Source of the DNA: Candidatus Poribacteria bacterium
GTDB taxonomy: Bacteria > Poribacteria > WGA-4E > PCPOR2b
DNA length: 64,000 nucleotides
Assembly (NCBI GenBank): GCA_965198175.1
Contig: OZ240245.1
Location: forward strand, 1,536,001 to 1,600,000
Direction of reading: 5' to 3'
This document shows positions 32,403-41,580 of the stretch, one piece after another. The stretch's first letter is position 1, and the number at the start of each line of letters is the position of its first letter. Position numbers and translations under genes: made by a program. The notes beneath the pieces were generated by a model that was not told where the DNA came from, ran no database searches, and saw nothing but the letters and a program-made list of their open reading frames with translations.

Positions 32403-33173
32403 ATGAAACGACGGGGACTCTGTGCTGCGTTGATTGTCCTACTAGCGCTCGCTATTCAACCCCTCGTTTTCGCCGACATCTTAGACGGGCTGATCGGGTA
32501 CTGGCCGTTTGACGAAGGCGAAGGCGAGGTGACCGTTGATGAGATTGGTGGACATGATGGAGCAATCGAACGTGCTACTTGGACAGATCAGGCGATTGAG
32601 GGGAAAGCGCTGAAATTCGTGCCGCAAGACGATACAAAGGTACGCGTTGAAGACGCCAAGGACCTCGATGAACTCCCGGACGGATTAACGGTTGCGAACT
32701 GGATAAGGCCGCTGAGCCGAGGTGCGATGATGGATAAGTCCGGTCGGGCAGATAGAATGCAGTGGTTTCTCATGGAAGATGGACGTCTCCATTGGGGAGC
32801 TGGGCCCAACTTCACCTTTACCGATGGCCCCGTAGTCAAGTTCGGAGAGTGGTCCCACGTCGCATGGTCGCACAATCCCGTGGACGAAAGCGTTGCGTAT
32901 GTCAACGGTGAGGAAGTTCACAACCAGAAGGGATTAGGGAAGGTTCTCCCCACCGGCGAGCCGATGTACTTCGGAGACATGGGAGTCCTGCCGGGCAACA
33001 ATCCCAAGCAACAGAATTTCGAGGGTATCATTGACGAGATTGGCTTTTGGAATCGCCCCTTATCAGCAAAAGAAGTCAAGGAGGTGTTCGACAGGGGGCT
33101 CAATCAAATTCTTGCCGTCTCCGCCCACGGTAAATTGGCAATGACGTGGGCGGCGGTGAAGGCGAGGAATTAG
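32403..33173 (+). CDS. secreted LamG domain protein 4
   Basis: Close paralog of 31543-32325; TWAAVK tail. Confidence 0.85.
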   Translation: MKRRGLCAALIVLLALAIQPLVFADILDGLIGYWPFDEGEGEVTVDEIGGHDGAIERATWTDQAIEGKALKFVPQDDTKVRVEDAKDLDELPDGLTVANWIRPLSRGAMMDKSGRADRMQWFLMEDGRLHWGAGPNFTFTDGPVVKFGEWSHVAWSHNPVDESVAYVNGEEVHNQKGLGKVLPTGEPMYFGDMGVLPGNNPKQQNFEGIIDEIGFWNRPLSAKEVKEVFDRGLNQILAVSAHGKLAMTWAAVKARN

Positions 33174-33555
33174 AATGAGCAGATTTGCAAAGGCGCCGTC
33201 TTGTTACGCATTCCCTCGGATTGGAGGGCTCGCGGAGAGTCTAGAGGAGGTTTAAGACATTCGGATCTGAGCCAAATTTGGCTGAAATGGTTAAGTCTAG
33301 CCATTTCTTCCTCCCCCTTTTGACCCTCAAAGTCTGAGAGTTGGACAGTAAGGGGGTAATTATTCACCGCAATAGCTAGCATCGCGGTGTAAACAATCGC
33401 TGGTTTGTTTGGTTATGGTTGGGGTTGCCCAATCATAACTTCAGTTGTACTACTTCAATGCTATCACTGGATAACCTTAAATAAGTGTGAAGGAAACGGT
33501 TGTTTCGCACATAACTACGATACCGTTTGGTTTCGTTTTGAGAAAGGAAAAAATC

Positions 33556-34332
33556 ATGCAACAACAGAAACGCTGCGCTACGTTGATGGTACTTATTGCG
33601 TTTGCCTTTATGCATTCCAACGCTTTCTCTGCTCCCGACCTTACAGACGGGTTGATGGGCAAATGGTCTTTTGACGAAGGACAAGGAGACGCGGCTCGCG
33701 ATGAGATTGGCGGGCATGATGGTGTGGTTGAACGTGCTACCTGGACAACTGATGCAAAAGGTGGTGGGTACGCACTGGAATTTAGTCCTGCGGACGATAC
33801 GAAAGTGACTGTCGCTCATTCCAACGACTTCTTCGGCGCCGACGGTTCGTTCACGGTATCGAACTGGGCGAAACCGCTGAGCCGAGGTGCAATGATGGAT
33901 AAATCCGATAAAGCCAACCGAATTCAGTGGTATATCCTTGAGGAGGATCCAGGCTGGCGGTTCCACTGGGGCGGCGGACCTGGGTTTACTTTTTCGCCCT
34001 TTGCGGCCAACTGGGGAGAATGGCATCACTGCGCATGGGTGCACACGGCCTCGGCAAGCACCGCGTACCTTGATGGCGTAGCAATTCACACAGAGCCAGA
34101 TATGGGACCGATTATCCTCACTACGGAGCCGATGTACTTTGGAGACATGGGGATTTTAGCGGCGGGCAATCCCAAGCAACAGAACTTTGAGGGTGTGTTG
34201 GACGAATTCCACATTTGGAATCGAGCCTTATCTGCTGAGGAGATTATGCAATTCTTTCAGGGGGGAGGTACTGCCGTCTCTCCGAAAGGGAAATTGGCTA
34301 TTACGTGGGCGGACTTGAAGGCTTCAGATTAA
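33556..34332 (+). CDS. secreted LamG domain protein 5
   Basis: Paralog (SRGAMMDKS, GNPKQQNFEG); TWADLK tail; start chosen by similarity to the paralog starts. Confidence 0.85.
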   Translation: MQQQKRCATLMVLIAFAFMHSNAFSAPDLTDGLMGKWSFDEGQGDAARDEIGGHDGVVERATWTTDAKGGGYALEFSPADDTKVTVAHSNDFFGADGSFTVSNWAKPLSRGAMMDKSDKANRIQWYILEEDPGWRFHWGGGPGFTFSPFAANWGEWHHCAWVHTASASTAYLDGVAIHTEPDMGPIILTTEPMYFGDMGILAAGNPKQQNFEGVLDEFHIWNRALSAEEIMQFFQGGGTAVSPKGKLAITWADLKASD

Positions 34333-34366
34333 CCACCACCCGCTCCACGCGTGTTGAATGCGATCC

Positions 34367-34425
34367 ATGGAGCCTGTGATGCACCTCCTATATCCGCTTG
34401 AAGCTGGATGCGTCGCGGGCTCCAT
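34367..34425 (+). terminator. long hairpin after the LamG array (terminator or mRNA stabiliser)
   Basis: ATGGAGCCTGTGATGCA...TGCGTCGCGGGCTCCAT inverted repeat. Confidence 0.45.
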
Positions 34426-34467
34426 TTCCCGCATGACTTCACCTTAAACAGTCATAAATGGCCGGTT

Positions 34468-34555
34468 TGTCATTCTGAACAACAGCGGAGAATTGCATTG
34501 CCCCGAGATCGTTGCGCAGTTTGGAATCCCGATTATACCTCAGTTCAGGATGACA
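34468..34555. repeat. degenerate TGTCATTCTGA...TCAGGATGACA palindromic repeat
   Basis: Terminal inverted repeat TGTCATTCTGAAC/GTTCAGGATGACA; related to 39835-39898. Confidence 0.6.
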
Positions 34556-34710
34556 TCTGAAAATATCATTCGCTCGTTCAGTCCTCAGACGCATTGACTA
34601 CGGTTCCAAAGCGCCCGCTGAAAAACGGTGGCATTTGAAGCCCCGGCATTGCACCTCACCAATCCTTTTGCTCGGCATTCTGCTTATTCCCATCAACGCC
34701 TGCCTCCTGT

Positions 34711-36609
34711 ATGCAGAAACGAACCATCCACATTAAAACCATCTGTGCGGTTGCTGTTGGTGCCCTGCTTATTCCGGTGAACCAGTATTGGTTGATGCGC
34801 GCCGAAACCATTTACCCGGGCACATTTTCGACGCTCTTGACCATCTTTTACAACGTGACCTTCACGTTGTTTGTGCTTGTTGCGGCGAACACTGCACTTC
34901 GGCGCGTTGCCCCGCGTACCGCGTTTGGCCCGAGCGAACTCTTGATTGTCTTCGTCATGCTTACCGTCGCCACGGGAATCTTCGGGCACGATCTAATGCT
35001 CGTGCTCGTCCAGTCGCTCGCCGGCACCGGCTGGTACGCAACACCAGAAAATGACTGGGCAAACCTATTTCTCCGCCACCTGCCCTCTTGGCTTCGAATT
35101 GACGATGAGGCTGCCCAGGACTATTTTCTCGGAGAGTCCGCCCTTTACTATGAGGCGCACATACGTGCATGGTACCGGCCCGTGCTTTACTGGAGCGCCT
35201 TTATTGTAGTCCTGCTCTTCGTTACCCTCTGCCTGACCGCCATTGTTCGGCGGCAGTGGACCGAGCACGAGAAGTTGGCTTACCCCATCATCCAGTTGCC
35301 GATCGCGCTCGCAACGGGTAACTCTATTTTGAGGAATCGAATGCTGTGGCTGGGCTTCACCATGGCAGGGACACTCGATCTGATGAACGGCTTGCACGCG
35401 TACATCCCGGTCATCCCGGTGTTTACGCCTAGCATGGACATCGGCGCCTACATAACGGAGAAGCCGTGGACAGCTGCCAGGCCACTAGTGGCATGGATTT
35501 ATCCTTTCGTCGTGGGTTTAGGGTACTTCCTCCCCGTGAATCTGTCGCTGTCGGCTTGGTTTTTCTACCTGATGTGGAAGGCAGGGTTGGTGTTCCGCGC
35601 GGCAATCGGCATCTGGGAAACGCCTGGCCCGTTTCGGAGTTACCAGACTGCCGGTTCGTGGATGATTTTGACGGCAATTATTGCGTGGACGGGTCGTCGG
35701 CACTTGAGGGGCGTGATTCGGGCAGCTGTTCGTGGCACGCAGGACACTGGAGATGAGGGAGAGCCGATGCGGTACCGTAGCGCCGTTATCGGTCTGGCAG
35801 GCGGTGTGGTGCTACTCGTGGCAATGCTTATGATGGCAGGGTTGTCAGTATGGGTTGGCGCATTGTTCATTCTGATTTATCTGGCATACATGATCGCGAT
35901 CAGCCGCATTCGAGCGGAGGCGGGTCCGCCATCCCACGACGCAGAGTTCATGGGCCCCGAACAGGTTCTGCTCAATATCTTTGGTCCCCGGCGTATAGGA
36001 CCGAAGAATGTTGCACTGTTTAGTGGGTTGTACTGGATGAGTCGTGCCTATCGCAGCGTTCCCATCGGACATCAGCTTGAGGGCTTCAAGACAGCCCAGG
36101 TTGCAGGCGGGTCGGGTCGGGTATTCCTGATGGCGATGGTCATCGCCTCGGTCGTCGGGACGATCAGCGGCTTTTGGATTTTCCTTGAAGCGATGTATCG
36201 GTATGGAGCGACGAACGTCCAGCATCAGATCGGGATGGAACCTTTTCGGCGACTCCAGCCGTGGGTCTTAGCTCCGGGGCATCGGAACTATGAGCTCCTG
36301 CGGGAGATGGGGATTGGTGCGGTCATCACAGGAGTCCTAGTGGTTTTCCATCATCGATATGTTGGATTTCCCTTTCACCCAGTGGGTTATGCTATCGCAG
36401 GCGGATCAGTCATGGAGAAGCGAGCGTGGTTTTCCATTCTCCTCGCATGGGCTTTAAAGATGACCATACTGACGGTGGGTGGGCCGCGACTGTATCGCCG
36501 TTTCGTGCCGTTCTTCGCCGGCCTCATATTGGGGCAGCACATGGTGGGCGGTTTGTGGACGATTGTCGGCATCGCGCAAGGAGAGGTCGTCTACCGCTTT
36601 TTCCGTTGA
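34711..36609 (+). CDS. polytopic membrane protein, DUF6785/DUF6784-like putative transporter
   Basis: Many TM segments; YATPENDW, RRQWTEHEKLAYPIIQLP, RIRAEAGPP.H, PFHPVGYA, PFFAGLILG. Confidence 0.7.
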   Translation: MQKRTIHIKTICAVAVGALLIPVNQYWLMRAETIYPGTFSTLLTIFYNVTFTLFVLVAANTALRRVAPRTAFGPSELLIVFVMLTVATGIFGHDLMLVLVQSLAGTGWYATPENDWANLFLRHLPSWLRIDDEAAQDYFLGESALYYEAHIRAWYRPVLYWSAFIVVLLFVTLCLTAIVRRQWTEHEKLAYPIIQLPIALATGNSILRNRMLWLGFTMAGTLDLMNGLHAYIPVIPVFTPSMDIGAYITEKPWTAARPLVAWIYPFVVGLGYFLPVNLSLSAWFFYLMWKAGLVFRAAIGIWETPGPFRSYQTAGSWMILTAIIAWTGRRHLRGVIRAAVRGTQDTGDEGEPMRYRSAVIGLAGGVVLLVAMLMMAGLSVWVGALFILIYLAYMIAISRIRAEAGPPSHDAEFMGPEQVLLNIFGPRRIGPKNVALFSGLYWMSRAYRSVPIGHQLEGFKTAQVAGGSGRVFLMAMVIASVVGTISGFWIFLEAMYRYGATNVQHQIGMEPFRRLQPWVLAPGHRNYELLREMGIGAVITGVLVVFHHRYVGFPFHPVGYAIAGGSVMEKRAWFSILLAWALKMTILTVGGPRLYRRFVPFFAGLILGQHMVGGLWTIVGIAQGEVVYRFFR

Positions 36610-36775
36610 GATACTCCATAATCCAACCGGCTGACAACTGACAGACTCGCATGGAAAGGAAAGTGCAATACGTGAAACGAAACCGACGTTTCTGCCAAAA
36701 ACCTCGGCTTCTGTTGCACCATTCCTAAACATAATCGGGGAAATTTGTGAATCAACCACGTCCGGAGGAAGAATC

Positions 36776-38887
36776 ATGTTTATCAACCCGAAAGAGTTAA
36801 AACCCATCAGCACCGTTGTGGATGGTTACGAAGTCCGTGCTTTCGGTCACATTGACGTTTTATCGGTCAGTCCAACGTACTTTCCGGACCTGTTCATCCA
36901 GGTCGGCAACGCTCATCCCGTGAAAAAGATACACCCAAAAAAATCGTGGGAAATCGTAGATCACGTCATTGGGATGACACCGAGGCGTATGCCCAGCGCA
37001 GCTATCCGTGGCGTTCAGCTCTACCATAACACATATTTCATTGATGGCGACTGGAACACGGTTGGGTTTGCCGGCACGTATCAACATGGTCCAGATACGC
37101 AATCGCAAGCGTGGCTGCGTATTCAACTTCCGATAACCTCCCGCATTCAGTCGGTAAAGCTTGTGTCCGCGAAGGGCGCTCTCGCCTTTCCGGTTCACTT
37201 CGAAATTCGCGTTTGTCAGTGGCACATATTCTCTCATACACGCCAGTGGAAGACGGTGTACCAGGCCGAAGATTCCACGGAATACAAACCCGGAATGTAT
37301 GACTGGCCTGCCAGACCACGATTCAACTACGACACAATCAAGCCCGATACTCCGATTCGCATTGACCTTACCTGGAGTGAAGGTGGACACGGCGAAGAGG
37401 TCGAAGTGCGAGAATGCGCCTTTGAGCCAACAGAAGCCCGCGAGGTGTGGATACTCTCACCTCAAGACTTCCTAAACGCCGAAGTCGAGGTAATCGACGA
37501 ATCCGGTCAAAATATCGCTCTGTTATCAAGGGGAGCCACTGCGTCTGTTTCCCGCCCGATTCAGACGTTCTGGGTTGACGCGAGGACGCATGCGGACACG
37601 TGGTCGCTGAACTACGATATGGGGGTGAAGTGGGTGAAAGTGAATTTCTGGCTGGAGCCGCTCAACTGGCAATTCGTTGAGCGAGAGAAAGGCCGCTATG
37701 AAATTGACCCGTTTACAGATGCCGCCATCACCGAAGCAGTAGAATGCGGTGTCAATATCGTGATGTGTCTGGGCGGTTTATACGGCTTGCCCAATCATCC
37801 GGACTACCCGGTGGAAGTTGAGCGCATTGAGGGATTCTGCAACTACGTCCGATTCATGGTCGAGCATTTTAAGAATCGGGTGCAATACTACGAGATTTTC
37901 AACGAGTACTATGAGCAGCACACGTATTCTCCTGACTCCGGTCCGTATGAGCTAGCCGCAGCTGAGTATGCTAGGTACGCGGTGCCTGCTGCGAAGGCCA
38001 TTAAAGCGGTCTATCCCGAGGCGAAGGTGGTCCTTGTGGGCCCAGATCCCCTCGCATGGGACTTTATCGAGGCAAGTCTCAATGCCGGTTTGGCCGGCTT
38101 GGTGGACGTTATCTCATGGCATCAATATCAGTGGACTATGCCGCCAGAGGTATTGGACCGCCCAAACTACCCGTGGGTGGGTCCCGAAGTGAAAACCTAC
38201 GCTGATGCTGTCCGGTATGTCCAGAGAGCCGCTAACGCCTACGGCGTTCACGAGTTTCACAACAATGAAGCCGGCGCCTACGCCTTTTATTGGGGTGAAG
38301 AAAGACCTTCCACGCTTGTCTCGGCGAAGTATCTGGCTCGAACGATGGTTCTACACGCGACTCTGAAAGTGCCTACTTTCTGGAATCGCACAGATTCTTA
38401 CTTCCTACAGAGTGGAGCGTCTTCAGCGGGTGACACTTCTTTGTCGGAAGGTGCGCCTGAAGGGTCGCTGCAGCCGGCCTTTTCCTACTACGTCTGCCGA
38501 ACACTGTGTGCGTTGATGGACAGTGTGAAGCCAATGGACCTTGACTTCGCGCTCGTTGCTGACCGGGAAGTAGATGTGGAGAAGCACGCCTTCCAGTGTC
38601 CCGATGGAGATCTTCTTCTTGCCATGTGGATACTAGATGTCGGCGCCGACGACTACCCGGCTGTTGAAGCAACGCTCTCCGTTGCCGCAACTGCTGCTGA
38701 GGTCGTCGGCTACGAGTTGCTCAACGGACAGGAGCAGCCGCTCGACTTCACTCATGCAGGGGAAACGCTGGAAATAAACCGGTTGCTCATCCGGGACTAT
38801 CCTTTATTGATTCGCTTGAGCAAACACAAAAACTCTAATAGTCAACAAGATGATAGCCCCGTCTCCCCTCTTAATCTTTCCTCTTAG
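36776..38887 (+). CDS. clan GH-A glycoside hydrolase (GH39/GH5-like) with N-terminal discoidin-like region
   Basis: W.FVEREKGRYE, YEIFNE acid/base motif, VISWHQY, NNEAG nucleophile position; no obvious signal peptide. Confidence 0.7.
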   Translation: MFINPKELKPISTVVDGYEVRAFGHIDVLSVSPTYFPDLFIQVGNAHPVKKIHPKKSWEIVDHVIGMTPRRMPSAAIRGVQLYHNTYFIDGDWNTVGFAGTYQHGPDTQSQAWLRIQLPITSRIQSVKLVSAKGALAFPVHFEIRVCQWHIFSHTRQWKTVYQAEDSTEYKPGMYDWPARPRFNYDTIKPDTPIRIDLTWSEGGHGEEVEVRECAFEPTEAREVWILSPQDFLNAEVEVIDESGQNIALLSRGATASVSRPIQTFWVDARTHADTWSLNYDMGVKWVKVNFWLEPLNWQFVEREKGRYEIDPFTDAAITEAVECGVNIVMCLGGLYGLPNHPDYPVEVERIEGFCNYVRFMVEHFKNRVQYYEIFNEYYEQHTYSPDSGPYELAAAEYARYAVPAAKAIKAVYPEAKVVLVGPDPLAWDFIEASLNAGLAGLVDVISWHQYQWTMPPEVLDRPNYPWVGPEVKTYADAVRYVQRAANAYGVHEFHNNEAGAYAFYWGEERPSTLVSAKYLARTMVLHATLKVPTFWNRTDSYFLQSGASSAGDTSLSEGAPEGSLQPAFSYYVCRTLCALMDSVKPMDLDFALVADREVDVEKHAFQCPDGDLLLAMWILDVGADDYPAVEATLSVAATAAEVVGYELLNGQEQPLDFTHAGETLEINRLLIRDYPLLIRLSKHKNSNSQQDDSPVSPLNLSS

Positions 38888-38955
38888 GGGGCAGACATAG
38901 AAGGGAGATGGATAAGGCCACCGTATTCTGAGCATACTAAAGGAGGAACTGTCAG

Positions 38956-39807
38956 ATGATTATTGATATGCGGCTACGGCCGCCTTGGAAGAGCATTCCG
39001 ACTCTGGCCGTTTATAATTTCCCACCCGGCGGTTATGCGCCAGAGATTAAAGGGGCAGAGCGGCCACGCTCGGCCACAGAACGCTCGATGGACCTACTCT
39101 TGCAGGAGATGGATGAAGCAGAAATTCGATGGGGTGTCGTCATGGGTCGCCTGGCGGATGAGCAGTACGGCACGATTGAAAACGAGGATATTTATGAACT
39201 GGTGGAGGCATACCAGAACCGTTTCGTGGGATTCCCCGCGGTGGATAGTGTGCGTCCACGAGAGTCCCTTGATGAGCTACACCGGGTCGCCAAGCATCCT
39301 CAGATGCCGGGGGTTCACTTGGAACCCATGGGAGCAGCGCCAGCTCGCGGAGCAGATGACCGTGTGTATTATCCTCTCTATGCAGAGGCAGAACGCCTGG
39401 AGGTCATTGTGGCCATTTCGGGCGGGGGTCTCATGGGCCCCGACTTTACCTATGTTGACCCCATCGCCATTCAACGTGTCGCCAGGGACTTCCCCGGACT
39501 CACATTGATCATGTGTCACGGGGGATGGCCTTGGGTCCATCAGGCAATTGCGGTTGCGTACTCTTGCCCCAACGTATATGTGTCCCCGGATATGTATATG
39601 ATTTATCCTGAGATTCCCGGCGGGCTGGAGTATGTCCGCGCGGCGAACCTGTTGCTAGAAGATCGCATCGTATTTGGAACAGCGTATCCGACACGACCGC
39701 TGCCAGAAAGTGTGGAGGACTTCCACCGACTTCCCTTCCGAGACGACCAGGTAAAGCACAAAGTGCTGTATGCTACTGCGGCACGCCTTCTTGGACTGGA
39801 GGATTAG
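38956..39807 (+). CDS. amidohydrolase_2 family protein
   Basis: EMDEAEIRWGVVMG, YPLYAEAE, DFPGLTLIMCHGGWPW, IVFGTAYP, NAARLL-like end. Confidence 0.85.
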   Translation: MIIDMRLRPPWKSIPTLAVYNFPPGGYAPEIKGAERPRSATERSMDLLLQEMDEAEIRWGVVMGRLADEQYGTIENEDIYELVEAYQNRFVGFPAVDSVRPRESLDELHRVAKHPQMPGVHLEPMGAAPARGADDRVYYPLYAEAERLEVIVAISGGGLMGPDFTYVDPIAIQRVARDFPGLTLIMCHGGWPWVHQAIAVAYSCPNVYVSPDMYMIYPEIPGGLEYVRAANLLLEDRIVFGTAYPTRPLPESVEDFHRLPFRDDQVKHKVLYATAARLLGLED

Positions 39808-39834
39808 TTGTGTGTAAAATAAATCCTGACACAT

Positions 39835-39898
39835 TGTCATTCTGAGCCGCATGCGAAGAATCTCGCCCTTGAGATGCTTCGCTACACTCGGCATGACA
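39835..39898. repeat. palindromic intergenic repeat TGTCATTCTGAG...GCGAAGAATCTC...GAGATGCTTCGC...CTCGGCATGACA
   Basis: Nested inverted repeat directly after the amidohydrolase stop. Confidence 0.7.
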
Positions 39899-40100
39899 TG
39901 GTAAGTGAGCAACCCCGATAGATCGGGATTCAAAGCAACTTACTCGCTTCAAGCGGGCTGGTAGTGAGATTCTCGCGTGGCGGACTCGCCTTACTTTACT
40001 ATCGATCCTATGCAACGACGTCCACAAGAGTCAAACCGGAAAATTGTTCCGAATGGTCCAAACCTTCGGAAGGTTTATCCGCTTTCCTGGAGGGAAAAAC

Positions 40101-40895
40101 ATGCAAGGAAAAGGCATGAATTACCGGCAATCTACATTCGCTCTCTACGTGCTGGTTGCGCTGGCATATGGGCCCGGCGGGACTGCGCTGGCAGCAGCCG
40201 ATTTTGAAATGGGGCTTGTCCTCTACTACCCATTCGAGGGCAGTGGCGAGGACCAGATTACAGATAGGAGCGGAGAAGAAAACCACGGCGTCTTCAAGGG
40301 CGCAGTGCGAACAAAGGAGGGTAAATTCGGGAAAGCGCTCGAATTTGCCACGCATCACGACGGGGCGGAAATTCCCGATTCGCCCAGCTTGCTCGTCGAA
40401 AACAAGGGCGACGGCTTTACGGTGTCCTTCTGGGTCTACCCGATTGAATGGAACGTCGCCGGCAACGCTGAAAACAGAGCAGTGTACCGGCACATGCAAT
40501 ATAATGTCGATTTCCTCCGTGGCGGGGGGCGGTTCCACGTCCAAAAGAACAACGCCTGGCCCGGAATCAATGGGGCGCCGGCGATGCCCTTAGAGGAGTG
40601 GGTTCTGGTCAGCGCAACCTGGTCTCCGAAAGAGGGCTCCACGCTCTACCGTGACGGACTTGAGATTGCAGCCCACCCCGGTATCCGCGGAGAGATTGAT
40701 GAGAACCAGCAGTGGACCGCTCTCGGGTTCTTTTCGCCTCACGAGGCGTACGTAGGGAGGATGGATGACCTACGCATCTACAACCGTCTGCTCAATGAGG
40801 ACGAAGTGGAGGAACTGTTTGAATATGAACCGCTTCAGGCTGTTTCGCCCGAAGGGTCGCTTGCCACGATATGGGGAACTGTCAAGACAAATTGA
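40101..40895 (+). CDS. secreted LamG domain protein 6
   Basis: Close paralog of 30638-31414 (ENRAVYRHMQYNVD, WPGIN.AP.MPLE); IWGTVK tail. Confidence 0.85.
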   Translation: MQGKGMNYRQSTFALYVLVALAYGPGGTALAAADFEMGLVLYYPFEGSGEDQITDRSGEENHGVFKGAVRTKEGKFGKALEFATHHDGAEIPDSPSLLVENKGDGFTVSFWVYPIEWNVAGNAENRAVYRHMQYNVDFLRGGGRFHVQKNNAWPGINGAPAMPLEEWVLVSATWSPKEGSTLYRDGLEIAAHPGIRGEIDENQQWTALGFFSPHEAYVGRMDDLRIYNRLLNEDEVEELFEYEPLQAVSPEGSLATIWGTVKTN

Positions 40896-41369
40896 AGTTG
40901 ACAATTGAAGCCTGCCCTAATGAACACGGTCATCTTGATATTCCGATTGCTGCCGGCGCGATTGGGTGGCAAAGAAATTGAGGACAGGAGCAGAGGACGG
41001 CTGGTAATGACGCAGTCCAGACAAAGAAGGGGAAATTCACGCGAATGAGCAGGCTCTGGGCTTCGAAATTCCTATGGCGCAACTGCTGTTGGGTTTTCGG
41101 TGCCTAAGAATAACATGTAAATCCTCCCTTGAGAGGAGGTCCTCGCTGCCGACGCCGCCTTGTGTTTATGCTATTGTCTCAACACCCTTTAAGGGTGTGT
41201 TTCTTGTCACGGGTCAACCTCATCGCGGACACCTTTTACTTCAGCGGGGATTTTGTTTTCGAGTCTTCCCTCACGTAAGATTATCCTTAAGCATCACGGC
41301 GATAATTTAAATCGCTACGCCGCATATTACATTTGAATGGGGAGTTACATTCGACATTCGAAGCTAATT

Positions 41370-41580
41370 CCATCTGCCCTGGGTGACGTTGACCGTATGG
41401 AGTCCACAGCCCGTGATGAGCTTATTGCCGAAGCGGAGCAACTCAGCGCTATCGCCGAAAGCATTCAATGTCCGGCGGTTCAATTGGCGTTCTCCCATTT
41501 TTAGGAAGCCTTGAGACAGGGGAGTTGAAGCTCACCGCTAAGAACATCCCGGATATCGGTAAGCGGCATGGATTGAAGTT
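41370..41580 (+). pseudogene. possible aldo/keto-reductase-like remnant
   Basis: Fragment ...ELIAEAEQLSAIAESIQCPAVQLAF then stop; weak resemblance only. Confidence 0.25.

Noticed and set aside
29736..34332. LamG array as integron cassettes or DGR targets
   Set aside because: No attC-like sites, integrase, reverse transcriptase or adenine-specific TR/VR pair were seen; the shared leaders point to tandem duplication.
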